Origin: the human T2T-CHM13v2.0 reference genome, Homo sapiens
DNA: 64,000 bases
Assembly (NCBI RefSeq): GCF_009914755.1
Contig: NC_060928.1
Strand: one strand, 5' to 3'
Numbering within the stretch: position 1 is the first letter of the stretch; each line of letters opens with the position of its first letter. The position numbers and the translations under genes were made by a program. Shown piece by piece: positions 1 through 14,527 of this stretch. A model generated the notes under the pieces. It did no database searches. It had not been told where the DNA came from and worked only from the letters and a program-made list of their open reading frames with translations.

Positions 1-105
1 TCTTTAACTTATTAATACTTGTTTTCTGGCCTAACATACAATCCATCTTATGGAATATTCCACATGCACTTGAGGAGAATGTGTATTTTGTTGCTGTTGA
101 ATGGA
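1..105 (-). mobile_element. Old L1 ORF2 (endonuclease region) fragment
   Basis: Reverse complement reads ttccattcaacagcaacaaaatacacattctcctcaagtgcacatgtgg-like L1 endonuclease sequence. Confidence 0.7.
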
Positions 106-1310
<1,205 letters not shown>

Positions 1311-2024
1311 TTTAAAAACAAGAATTTTAATTTTTACGAGTCAAAACCATATTATTTTTAATAATATTTCACTGATAGGAATCATAGTAATCTTTTTACA
1401 TCAAAAGTCAAGTAAACAAAAGACATAATATTGATTATATTGAGCCTTTTAAATCACTATTCTGAGCTCTACAGGCACACAACATCACATGTTTAAAGCT
1501 ATCTCACCAAGGCTTATAGATATATTGTTTATTAATCCCTATTAGAAAATGTTCATCAAAAATAACATTTTTATTGTATCTCATATACTTTTCTGTTGTA
1601 AAAATTACAGGCACAACTTACTTTAAATGATTCTGATCTGCATGAATTTTAGTTACCATGGTTTGTTTAAATAACCCTAGTTCCTAACAAGATAATTCAA
1701 TTTTCAGTTATTATGGTCTATTTACTGTGAGTAAGAAAGTAAAGTGCAAAATTTTCTGCTAGCTCCTCAGTACACAATCTCCAAGCAAATAATAGATGTA
1801 TATAATGATCTGTGACCAGTTGAGTCACTTTTTTTCAAAGTCTGAGACTGTTCTCTGTGCATCTGTTACTCAGTTCTCACACAGACAGCAAAGCATTTAG
1901 TTAGGTTGTCTCCTACCCACCCGATGAAAAGCCCATGTAACATTTTCCTAAAATGAATAATAAAAAAGGGAATTGGCCAATAGAGAGGAAAGTGCAGCAA
2001 AACAATAAAAAGTGATAATACTGG

Positions 2025-4377
2025 CATCTTTGTCATGAAATCTTTGCCCATGCCTATGTCCTGAATGGTATTGCCTAGGTTGTCTTCTAGGGTTTTTATA
2101 GCTTTCGGTTTTAATTTGAGTCTTTAATTCACCTTAAGTTAATTTTTGTATATGGTGTAAGGAAGGGGTCCAGTTTCACTCTTCTGCATATGGCTATCCA
2201 GTTATCCCAGCACCATTAATTGAACAGGGAATCCTTTCCCCATTGCTTGTTTTTGTCAGGTTTGTCAAAGGTCAGATAGTTGTAGGTGGGTGGTCTTATT
2301 TCTGGGTTCTCTATTCTGTTCCATTGGTCTATGTATCTGTGGTTATACCAGTATCATGCCGTTTTGGTTACTGTAGCCCTGTAGTATAGTTTAAAGTTGG
2401 GTAGTGTGATGTCTTCATCTTTATTCTTTTTGCTTAGGATTGCCTTTGCTACTGGCTCTTTTTGGGTTCCATATGAATTGCAATAGCAACAAAAGCAAAA
2501 ACTTGACAAATGGAATCTAATTAAACTAAAGAGCTCTGCATCCAGCATCTATAAGGAACTTAAACAAATTTACAAGAAAACAAGCAACCCCATTAAAAAG
2601 TAGGAAAAAGATATGAACAAACATTTTCTCCCTTTTTATTATTTCCATAGATTTTTGGGGATCAGGTGGTGTTTGGCCACATGAGTAAGTCCTTCAGTGG
2701 TGATTTGTAAAATTATGGTGCACCCATCACCCGAGCATTATACAATGTACCCAGTTTGTAGTCTTTTACCCCTCACCCCCTCCCACGCTTTTCCCCAAGT
2801 CTCCAAAGTCCATTGTGTCATTCTCACGCCTTTGCATCCTCATAGCTTAGCTCCCACTTACGAGTGTGAACATATGATGTTTGGTTTTCCATTCCTGAGT
2901 TACTTAGAATAATGATCTCTGATTCCATCCAGGTTGCTGTGAATACCATTATTCTACTCCTTTTATGGCTGAGTAGTACATATATCTCACAATTTCTTTA
3001 TCCACTCATTGACTGATCAGCATTTGGACTGGTTCCATATTGTTATAATTGCAAATGGTGCTGCTATAAACATTTATGTTTAAGTATCTTTTTTGTATAA
3101 TGACTTCTTTTCCTCTGGGTAGACACCCAGAGGTTGGATTGCTGGACCAAATGGTAGTTCTACTTTTAGTTCTTTGAGGAATTTCCACACTATTTTCCAT
3201 AGTGGTTGGACTAGTCTACATTCTCACCAGCAGTGTAAAAATGTTCCCTTTCCATCACATCCCCACCAACATCTATTAGTTTTTGATTTTATGATTATGG
3301 CCATTCTTGCAGGAGTAAGGTGGTATGGCATTGTGGTTTTGATTTGTATTTCCCTGATCATTAGTGATGTTGAGCAATTTTTCATTTGTTCATTGGCCAT
3401 TTATATATCCTGTTTGGAGAATTGTCTATTCATGTCCTTAGCCTATTTTTTAATGGGATTGTTTGTTTTTTTCTTACTAATTTATTTGAGTTATTTATAG
3501 ATTCTGAATATTAGTCCTTTGTCAGATGTATAGCTTGTGAAGATTTCCTCTGACTCTGTGGATTATTGAACAGACACTTTTCAAAAGAAGACATACATGC
3601 AGTCAACAATCATATGAAAAAAAGCTCAACATCATTGATTACTACAGAAATACAAATCAAAACCACAATGAGATACCATCTCACACTAGTCAGGGTGGCT
3701 ATTATTAAAAAGTCAAAAAATAACAGATGCTGGCAAGACTATGGAAAAACAGGAACACTAATACACAGCTGTTGGGAGTTTAAATTAGTTCAGCCCTTGT
3801 GTAAGACAGTGTGGTGATTCCTCAAAGACCTAAAGACAGAAACACCATTCAACCCAGCAATCCCATACTAAGTATATACCAAAAGGCATATAAATCATTC
3901 CAGTATGAAGACAAATGCATACAAATGTTCATTGCAGCATTAGTCACAATAGCAAAAACATAAAATCAACCTAAATGCCCATCAATGATAGACTGGATAA
4001 AGAAAATGTGGTACTTATACACCATGGAATACTATGCAACCATAAAAAAGAATGAGATCACATCCTATAAAAGGAGCTGGAGGCCACTGTCATTAACAAA
4101 CTGCTGTAGGAACAGAAACCCAAATACTGCATGTTTTCACTTATAAGTGGGAGCTAAATGATGGAAATACATGGATATATAGAGGAGAACAATACACAGT
4201 GGGGCCTATGGTAGGATAAAGGGTGAAAGGAGAAAAAAATTAGGAAAAGTAACTAATGAGTACTAGGCTTAATACCTGGGTGATGAAATAGTCTGTACAA
4301 CAAACCCCCATGACACAAGTGTACCTATGTAACAAACCTACACATGTACCTTTGAACTTAAAATAACAGTTAAAAAA
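2025..4377 (+). mobile_element. 5'-truncated, 5'-inverted L1PA (L1PA13-15-like 3' end): inverted part 2025-2478, sense parts 2479-2628 and 3567-4377
   Basis: Carries the ORF2 C-terminus [10 protein letters not shown]...RYHLT.VR and an L1PA 3'UTR. TSD aaaagtgataatactgg (2008-2024) / aagagtgatgatagtgg (4382-4398). Confidence 0.9.
2630..3565 (-). mobile_element. L1PB (L1PB1-like) 3' end nested in the L1PA
   Basis: caggtggtgtttgg..catgagtaagtccttcagtggtgattt..ggtgcacccatcacccgagc is an L1PB 3'UTR. Host L1 sequence tgaaca.aca.ttt is duplicated at 2614-2628 and 3567-3581. Confidence 0.85.
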
Positions 4378-5287
4378 TTGGAAGAGTGATGATAGTGGTA
4401 GTGATATTTGAATCAAACCTAAATGGAGTTACAAAAGATAAAGACCTGGGTGTGGCGATGTTGGCAGTGCCACTTTTCAAGAAAATCTAGATATGCAGCC
4501 AGAGGAACTTAGTCAAGGTGATCATGTTGACATTACGAGGAAAGCGATGGTGATGAAAATGATGAGTATGTCCCAGAGGAAGTGACACTGGCAAAAGCTT
4601 CACATTAAGGGAACTCCAGAAGATATTTCATCACTTTGAAAGCACAAAAGATAAACTGTTGAAAACTGATAAAAAGTTAGGCATATGAAAGATACTTGCT
4701 TCATGGTGCATTTTGCAATGAAAAGAAGGCAAATACTGTTGATGCTATACTTTATAAGTATTTTACAAAAAAGCTTTAATTCTCAATGTTTGTAATATTT
4801 TAAAGAATACTAAATAATTTATTTTTTTAATTTATCATTAGTGAAAATAAGAATGTTGAAGATTTTGATGAAAACTATATAAAGGTCATTAAAGAGTCAT
4901 ATTTTGTCCCATTGTTTATTAAGATTCCTTTGTATGGGTCTAATTTGATGGTCACTTTCACAGTCCATTACTACTGTGCAAAATGGGGATTGCCTGTAAT
5001 GAACATATCTTACATACTAATGTATTTTTTGAAAATTGCATTTATTTGAAACACAAATCTGATTTTTAAAAGAAATCTATAAAAAGTGGGCTAGACTCTA
5101 AAAGTCTGTTTTCGCCCATATAGCACCTCTATGATATATGTACAATACAAAATCTATGCTATTTCACCTTAGTAAAACTAACAATGAAGTGAGTTTCAGG
5201 AATGCTTGAAATAAAAATGTTTATTTTTAGTATTATTTAGTAACATAAAATAAAACACAGGTTTTAGTAGTTTATATAAGGATCCTC

Positions 5288-5593
<306 letters not shown>

Positions 5594-5844
5594 TCATGTG
5601 CATGTAAATTGTCAAAGAAATGCATAAGAATGGCCTTTTCATGTCTAAGTATTTCATACTAAGTTTCAAAACAAATTTTCTATATTTCAAGGAAACATTA
5701 AAGGTTGTTCACTTCTTGAGTGAATGTGTTTGAAACACCTATACCAAACACATAAAATGTTGACATCAGCGGCCTGATCAGAGCTGAATGTTAGGAACAT
5801 GGGTAAGGGATACATGCGCAAAACCCATTGTAGGGTGAGGGTGA

Positions 5845-6147
<303 letters not shown>

Positions 6148-6999
6148 TGAGTATTTTGTAAAGCTACATCTTATTTTTTGTGATTTATTTTTTCCATTTG
6201 CAATATTTTGCTATTTAATTCTCTTAGTCCTCTGAGCATGGGAACTTTATCTCATTCATATTTTATCCCTAGCACCTAAGCCAGTGCTTGTCTTCTAACT
6301 ACTTAACCATCTAAAAACATGATGGATAATAATGTTTCTCTGGGTTTTGTTTTGTTTTTGTTTTTGTTTCTGGATATTTTTAAACCTTTTTGGAACCTTT
6401 CAATATATCATGATTGGTTTCTCATTATTTATTTTTCCAAAAATAATTATGAATGATGGCAAAATATTTTAAAGCTTTTGACACATATTACTTATTTGCT
6501 TTCCAAAAAAGAGATGACGGTGTACACTCTGACCAGTATTATTTAAGAGTATCATCACTGGTTTCTCTGCATTCTTATCAACATAACGACTTAAAATTTT
6601 CTTCCACTTGTGTAGGTAAAAACTGGTGTTTTTGTGCTACAATTTTCATTCCTTTGTTTACTAATAAGACTGAACATTATTTATGCTTACGGCTACTTAA
6701 AGTTTTTACTTTTCATGTGTTCTTTGTTTGTATCTTGGCATAAATGTATAATTTGGGATATAGTTTTTTGATAGGTTGTTAATAAATATCATGGAAATAC
6801 ATGAAAAAGAATAAATTTAGAAAATTGACCTAACAGATCAATGAAAAAATAGTTGAAATATAAAAAGGACTGAAATAGGTGAAAGTATTTTCCAACCTTG
6901 AAGTGTATGATGTGTTCAAGTATTCCAAATGAATTCACTGTGAAATATATGAGCGTTATTGGCCCTGGATAAAATGAAAAAGGTAGTTTGGGAAATGAT

Positions 7000-7307
7000 T
7001 TGTTTTTGTCTTTGTTTTTGTTTTTTGAGACAGAGTCTTGCTCTGTCACCCAGTTTGGAGTGCAATGGCGTGATCTGGGCAGTATTACTGCCTCCCAGGT
7101 TCAAGTGATTCTCCTGCCTCAGTCTCCAGAGTAGCTGGGACTACAGGCATGCACCAACATGCCTGGCTAGTTTTTGTATATTTCATAGAGACGGGGTCTC
7201 ACCATATTGGCCAGGCTGGTCTTGAACTCCTGACCTCAGGTGATCTGCCTGGCTTGGCCTCCCAAACTGATGGGATTACAGGCATGAGCCTGTAACCGTG
7301 CCAGGCC
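7000..7307 (-). mobile_element. AluS element
   Basis: Antisense Alu; TSD tgggaaatgattt / tgggaactgattt. Confidence 0.95.
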
Positions 7308-7702
7308 TGGGAACTGATTTTGAATGGCCATACATTGGATGCTATATATTAATTCACTGAAAAAGTGTAACCATTTAGTTTGCTTCCCCTTTGAATAGAA
7401 GACTGTTAAAAGAGGCTTTGTTATTCTGAAGCTTATATAATTTTTTATGTTCTAAGTTTGAAATTAAATTCAAGTTAAATGAAATTGTGCTTGACATTTC
7501 AAGCCTATCAGAACACAATGAGAACAAATATGAAATGTAGATTTATCCTCTAAGTGTAAATTTAGCTGTGATTTGGTCAAATTGCCAGAGAGGCAATATT
7601 ATCCAGTGACAAGAGTACAGTTTTATGCCATTTTAAGATCTTTTTTAAATCCTTCTTTTACCACTTCCTATTTGTGTGATCTTAAGAAAGTTATATAAGG
7701 TT

Positions 7703-8759
7703 TGTGGCTGGAGAATAACCATCTAACACGGGTTTTCCTGTATTCTCACACCAACACCACAACAATCACCTACACAGAAGACTTCTATGACTAAATCCAC
7801 GGGGGTTTCTCCCCACCATCAAGCAGTGCATGCCAGCTGGTTGTCCTCCAATTCAATGCTGGCACTATCGACCTGGAGATAGCATCAGATCTCACAGGTT
7901 GGGGGCTCAGTCCCCAAGACTGACTCCCACCCCACCTACGACACCAGTCTCAAATCAAGGCTTCTGGAACTTCTGACCAACTGACTTCAGGTTGAGGTTC
8001 CTACAACCCCCTCTTTGGGTTCGAATAATTTGCTGGAGCGGCTCACAGAGCCCAGGGAAACACTTACTTATGTTTACTGGCTTATTGTAAAGGATACTGA
8101 GAAGATACAGATGAAGAGATGTGTAGGGCAAAATATGGTGGAAAGGGTAGGGAGCTTCCTTGCCCTCCCTGGGTTCTCCCCACTCCAGGAGCAATCTGGA
8201 AGCTCTTCAAACCCAGTTTGTTTGGGTTTTTCTTTTATTCACTGCAATTTCTGCCTCCTGGGTTCAAGGGGTTCTCCTGCCTCAGGCTCCCGAATAGCTA
8301 GGGTTACAGACATGTGCCACCACCCCTAGCTAATTTTTGTAATTTTAGTAGAGATGGGATTTTACCATGTTGGCCAGGCTGATCTCAAACTCCTGACCTC
8401 AGGTGAGCTGCCCATCTTGGCCTTCCAAAGTGCTAGGATTACAGGCATGATCCACTGCGCCCGGCCTCGTTTGGGTTTTTATGGAAGCTTCATGACATTA
8501 GCATTCCTTACCCCCACCCCCTGGAGTATAAGGTGGGACTCTCTCTGGGAAGGGTCTTAAGACTCACAATCATAAAGGTGGAGAAAGATTAAAGTCCTGC
8601 CTTGGGTCAGGTGGAAGGATGGCAGGAGAGAGATTCTGTTTCCTGAAGCCTGCTCCTGAGGCCTAACACACCCAACATTATAACAAAATACTGTAAAGGG
8701 AGATGGGAGTTATGAACTAGGAACCCTGGATGAAAACCAACACATATCATAACACCACA
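7703..8759 (-). mobile_element. MER21-family LTR containing an Alu
   Basis: cctggagatagcatcagatctcacaggttgggggctcagtcccc and terminal ...catatcataacaccaca match MER21; TG..CA ends. Confidence 0.8.
8232..8466 (-). mobile_element. Alu with part of the right arm missing, inside MER21
   Basis: Alu body; gtttgggttttt duplicated on both sides. Confidence 0.9.
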
Positions 8760-10464
8760 GTCTGTAACCCAGACCGTGTCAAAGGTGCCTTCCAACTATT
8801 ATATTCCATTCCACAGTAAATAAGTCAACCAATGTTTAACCTACACTGAATACATACTTGATAGATTTCGGAAAACTGATTTTTGTTTTTACTTTTGATT
8901 ATAAATAGAGCTTTGCTTTATCTCCCAAATGGAGAAATAAACTTGTTTCCAAACCATATTCCAAACACCATGCAAAGTACATTGTTCAGCTAAAATGTAT
9001 TAGCGCTGTTTGAGTATTTGTATTTTAATGTTGAATTGTTTAAACTTCCCTTGTTGGAATGTGTGATTTTCCTATTTCTCTAAACGTCAACAAAATTATG
9101 TATGCATCCTGGAAATGCTGCAGAGACCGAATTAAATGGCATAGCATCTGCATTTTAACAAGACAATCATATCAAATTAGGCAAATTATATTCTTAAAAG
9201 TCTGGTTGTCAAAATACAATCTAATATGATTTATAATATTTTTAGTTTCAAAAAATGTCCACCAAGTTTTTCTACTTTCATTAATACAGATGATTAATCT
9301 GAAGGAAATGCTGAAAACCTTATCAAAAAACCATCATGTACTAATGTGTCTTTTTCAAAATGGCTTTGCATTCTTTTCATTCATCCCATCTCCATGGTCA
9401 CTACACTAATGCATGCCTTCATTACCTCCCGTTTGCATTATTGTGGTAGACCACAAGAAGTAGGACTTCATCTGCTATTTTTGCCCTCCAATACAACCGC
9501 ATATGACAGCTACACTGGAGTTTCTTAAGCATTATTTTTCATATACTGTGAAAAATTTTTGGTGGCTTTGACTTAAATGTTTATTTTTTAACATGCATAA
9601 ATTACATCACCTTCCTCCTGTGCAATTTCTACCAGCTCACTAATTTTCTCTTCCTGTTTATCTAGTCTGTTGGGTTTCCAATTTCAAGTAATCATTTTCA
9701 TTCCTACTACAATTTAATATAGTTAGATTTGGTTATTTTTAAAATTCTCTTGTCATTTTTGATATCTATTTCCTCCTTCATAATACTTTTCATACTATCT
9801 TTCCGGTCTTTAAACATATTAAATATACATATACATTTTAAGATATATTCTACTTGTGTATTGGCTGGCTTTCATTAAAGAATGTTCATTTCCAAGTCCA
9901 TCTGTGAGTTTTGCTTCATTTTGTTTTGTTTGGTGTGATCTCTATACATTTATCTGTAATAAATCTTTCAGACTTATTTTTCTTAAATATTTGGTTGTAC
10001 CATAAACTTTGGATAATGTCAACCTGAGACCATTTTAAATGTCTGCCTCGTTATTTCTCTGTTAGTAGGACAGTGGCCATGAAATAAGAAATCTTTTTTT
10101 TTCCTTTTTTCTGTTTTTTTTCTTTGTTTTGTTTCGTTTTTCCATCCACCCCAAAACAAAAGAGAGACAGGCAAGTATCACCATTTTCCTATGCACTGTG
10201 GAAAATTATCTAGTGTTCTCATTTCAGGTGTAGACCTTTATTAATTATATAATATCTGATCTGTCCTCTGTTTTGAAAGTTTACCTGGCTATTTTGTGCC
10301 TTTTAAGTAAAACCTTATTAAAGCATGGCTTTAGGCCACCTGGAGACAGCAACAAATACCCATGGCAAATGGCAGTTTTCTCCCTAGATTTGTTTTGACT
10401 CCTTTCCAGCCACCACAGACTTCCATTATTTTACCAATGGCTTAGCTGTGTCATTTAGTTTAAT

Positions 10465-10954
10465 GATTTTTTTTTAGGTTTACATTTTGAATGAATTAAC
10501 TTTAGACTTACAGAAGACTGGGAAAATCATGCAGAATTTTCATGTACCCTTTTACTGACCTAACCCTAGCATTCACATCTAAAGTAACTGTAGTACAATG
10601 ATCTGAACCTGGGAATTAAAATGATGCTAATTTTCCAACAAAAGCATGATTTAAATTTCACCATTTTTTTCACTGCTTTTTTTTTTTCTGTTGCAGGATT
10701 CTCTAAGGATCCCACATTCCTTATAGACTACCTCTTGCAGTCCACAGCATCCCCCAGTCTTTTCTTGTCTTTCATACTTCAAAGCTTTTGTTCAGGTAAT
10801 GGACATTCCTTGATTTGGGTTTATCTGACACTTTTTCACGATTCATTGAAGGTTATGCATTTTTATAGGAATGCCATGAAAAGTATATTGTACCACCTCT
10901 GTGCATCATAATGTGGAGGGTTAAGGTGTCAGTACCTGTTGTTACTAGTGATGT
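10465..10954 (-). mobile_element. Old L1 (L1MC/MD-like) 3'UTR fragment
   Basis: tttagacttacagaag, caggattctctaaggatcccacatt and ttactagtgatgt resemble antisense L1MC 3'UTR. Confidence 0.6.
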
Positions 10955-11435
10955 TGACAGGTGACAGCGTACTGGCAGCCCTCGAAGTCCTCGCTCGCTC
11001 TCGGTGCCTCCTCGGCCTCGGTGCCCACTCTGGCTGTGCTTAAGGAGCCCTTCAGCCCGCCGCTGCACTGTGGGAGCCCCTTTCTGGGCTGGCCAAGGCG
11101 GGAGCCGGCTCCCTCAGCTTGCAGGGAGGTGTGGAGGAAGAAGCACTGGCGGGAACCGGGGTGGCGCGCGGCGCTTGCGGGCCAGCTAGAGTTCCGGGTG
11201 GGCGTGGCTTGGCGGGCCCCGCACTGGGAGCGGCCGGCCGGCGCTGCCGGCCCTGGGCATTGAGGGTCTTGGCACCCGGGCCAGCAGCTGCTGAGGGTGT
11301 GCCGGGTCCCCCAGCAGTGCTGGCCCACCGGCGCTGCACTCGACTTCTCGCCGGGCCTCAGCTGCCCCGCCGCGGGGCAGGGCTTGGGACCTGCAGCCCG
11401 CCATGCCTGAGTCTGCTACCGCCCCCCAAAGGGAT
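10955..11435 (+). mobile_element. LTR12 (ERV9 LTR, LTR12C/D/E group), 5' portion only; the most GC/CpG-rich non-Alu segment of the window
   Basis: Begins TGACAGGTGACAGCGTACTGGCAGCCCTC..CTCGCTCGCTCTCGG, continues ggagcccttcagcccgccgctgcactgtgggagcccctttctgggctggcc, and stops after cagcccgccatgcctgag. Confidence 0.92.
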
Positions 11436-12257
11436 CCTGGAAATGACTACTCCACTCACTGTTTCTACACTGCCTTATCTCACTTAGCCTAATATCCTCC
11501 AAGTTCATCCATGTTATCACATATGGCAGAATTGTTTATACTACATTTTCTTTATTCATTCATCTGTCAGACATTTAGGTTGCTCCTATATCCTGTCAAC
11601 TGTGAAATCATTTCTTGGACATGACACCAAAAGCACAGGTAATAAATGCAATATTAGAAAGTGGGACTACATCAAACTAAACAGCTTCTGCACAGCAACA
11701 GAAATAATCAACAGGTGAAAAGGCAAGCTATGGAATGGTAGAAAATATTTACAAACAATATATTTGATAAAGGGTTAATATCCAAAATACATAAGGAAGT
11801 CCTATAAGTCAATAGCATAAAAATCCAAATAACTGATTAATGGGCAAAGGACTTGAATAGACATTTCTGTAAAAGGCATACCAATGGCCAATAGGTACAT
11901 GAAAAAATGCTCAGCATCACTAATTATGAGGGAAAAGCAAATTAAATCTACAAGTGAGATATTGCTTCACATCTTTTAATTTGCATAATCTAAAAAGATA
12001 AGTTTTAGCAAGGCTGTGGAGGAATTGGAACCTTTATACATTGCTGGTGAGAATGTAAAATGGTGCATTTGCTATGGAAAACAGTATTTTTTAAAAAAAA
12101 TTAAAAATAGAATTACCATATGATCAAACAATTTCACACTTGGTTTTATATCAAAAAAATAGAAATCAGGATCTTGAAGAGATATATGTAGTCCCATGTT
12201 TATTGCAGAATTATTCACAATATCCAAGCTGTGGAAACCACCTAACTGTTCATGGAC
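11436..12257. mobile_element. Old L1 fragments: antisense ~11436-11605, sense ~11606-12257
   Basis: L1 ORF2 3' region motifs (ttcttggacatgacaccaaaagcac, gggcaaaggacttgaatagacatttct). Confidence 0.8.
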
Positions 12258-12274
12258 GTGTTTTCTTCACATCC

Positions 12275-12716
12275 TTTTTTTTTCTTTTTTCTTTTTTTTA
12301 TTTTATTATTATTATACTTTAAGTTTTAGGGTACATGTGCACAATGTGCAGGTTAGTTACATATGTATACATGTGCCATGCTGGTGTGCTGCACCCATTA
12401 ACTCATCATTTAGCATTAGGTATGTCTCCTAATGCTATCCCTCCCCCATCCCCCCACTCCACAACAATCCCCAGAGTGTGATGTTCCCCTTCCTGTGTCC
12501 ATGTGTTCTCATTGTTCAATTCCCACCTATGAGTGAGAACATGTGGTGTTTAGTTTTTTGTCCTTGCGATAGTTTACTGAGAATGATGATTTCCAATTTC
12601 ATCCATGTCCCTACAAAGGACATGAACTCATCATTTTTTATGGCTGCATAGTATTCCATGGGGTATATGTGCCACATTTTCTTAATCCAGTCTATCATTG
12701 TTGGACATTTGGGTTA
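12275..12716 (-). mobile_element. Young L1PA (L1PA2-4-like) 5'-truncated 3' end
   Basis: attatactttaagttttagggtacatgtgcacaatgtgcaggttagttac; peptide WIKKMWHIY.MEYYAAIKNDEF; cacatcctttttttttct on both flanks. Confidence 0.92.
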
Positions 12717-12759
12717 TGGCAGCACATCCTTTTTTTTTCTTACATGGAGAGTAATAGAT

Positions 12760-13070
12760 TATAGATTTTTCTTGTGATCTGCTCTTTTTCACTTAACAGT
12801 GTATCATGTATCCTAGAAATCACTGGATATCAGTTCACAGAAATCTTCCTCTTTCCGTTTTACAGCTGCATAATACTCCATTGTGTAAAAGTTGCATAGT
12901 TTACACAACCATTTTCCTATGAATGGGCATTTAGAATGTTTCCCATATTTTGCAATTCCAAACAGTATGCCAAAGAATAATCATGTTCATCTTCATTTTT
13001 GTAATTTTAGAGGCATATCTTCAATATATATTGCCAGAAGTGGGATTAATAGGTCAAAGGTAAATAAATA
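12760..13070 (-). mobile_element. Old L1ME-like fragment
   Basis: ctttttcacttaacagt, atgggcatttagaatgtttccca and agaagtgggatt antisense L1 3' motifs. Confidence 0.6.
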
Positions 13071-14527
13071 AAATATCGCTGACCATTATTAAAGTATTCT
13101 GTATAAGGTGTTTCTTTCTGGATAATAAGTAAGCCACTCGAGACAAATAAACATTTAATGTAATTCTTTAAAAAATAATACCATTTCTATTTGGAGAATT
13201 CTGCTAAACAGCTTTCAGGACAAGCTTCTCAAGTATGATAATAATAATTTTTCAACACAAAATCCTATCTATCAAAAGCATCAACCAAACAGTGATGCAG
13301 CTATTTTTATAGATGCAACAGATATCATAAAATAGATTTGTTCTTTTGATTGTGAACTAAGCAAATTCTACTCTAAAAATTAATGTGGAAACAAATGTTT
13401 TTTAGTTATTTTAAATCTAAGTGTGATTCTCATAGTTTTATGCCTTGTTAAAACCATGAAGAGTTAAAAAGGTGATGACCTCAATGTTTGGCAAGATTTT
13501 TTTTTATTTGACTCTATTTCTTTGTAGAATAGTGAAGCTATTCATCTTTTTTTCTGAAATTTGTCATTGAAAATATTTCCACCAATTTGTCCAGATGAAA
13601 AAGTCTAAGGAACAAGATTTTCAATATTCTCACTACGTATTTACTCTAGTATTTCTACTTCTCAACCCCAATTCTGTGACCATATTCTCAATTATAATGA
13701 ATGATATGAAGATTCAAAAAATGTAGAATTAATATACATTAGTAGGACCTGAAGTTGACAATTTTAAAGGGGTTGTAAAAGAGAATCAATTCTCCTAAAT
13801 TAGATCAAGCCTGCAGACTTCCAAAATCATACTGTAGTATTCTTAAAAAGAAGTTGCAAGTGATATTTATCATTTAATGCATGTTCGTTATTTTGAGGCA
13901 ATATGGAGTGGTAGAAGAAAAATTATGACAGGCAAACATAATACAACTTCTTAAAAAGGACATGAGAACAATTGACATTGTTATAAATGTAAGGATTTCA
14001 AAATCGAGTTGAAAGTTTAGAATTACTTCTGTGAGAATCAAAAACATGTTGCTGTTTTGGGAAAGAAAAATGACTGTTGAGTGATTATTAAGTTCTAGCA
14101 AATATTACAAATATATTTTTAAATGAATAAAAAACATGGTTACATGTTTTGGGGGGTTTGTTTGTTTTCTTAGTTAGATAGCATGCTTTTATAATAGCCC
14201 TATTAAAAATAGATATGTAATTTTTATAAATGAGGTTTAGGCCAAAACAGCTATACATTTATATGATCAGAGTATTGTTAAACTGATGAATATGGGGTTA
14301 AAATGACAAAGTGTATCAAATGTTATTTAGAGAATTACTTTTTAAAATGCATACAGAAAATCTTCTGAAAAGAGTTGCTTGGTCCTACAAAAGAAGTATA
14401 GTAATATTTCAATATCAATGATTGCTTATTTTTCTGATTCATTATGAAGTATCTTGTCATTTCAGCTTTAATCTTTTTTGAAGAGAGAAATACATGATTT
14501 AGTAATAATAGATACTTAGATACCTCA

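Larger units (their letters stand above)
1608..4996. mobile_element. Tigger-family DNA transposon (Tigger13a-like), split into 1608-2024 and ~4382-4996 by an L1
   Basis: ta|CAGGCA at the left end and TGCCTG|ta at the right end (TIR ends, TA TSD). Internal gaattttagttaccatggttt and gatgagtatgtcccagaggaagtgac are Tigger-like. Confidence 0.75.

Noticed and set aside
10334-10352. CTCF-like ggccacctggagacagc
   Set aside because: Several mismatches at core positions; expected by chance.
10945-11487. Cluster of overlapping GC-rich ORFs resembling a CpG-island first exon
   Set aside because: Fully explained by LTR12 sequence; stop-poor because of GC content.
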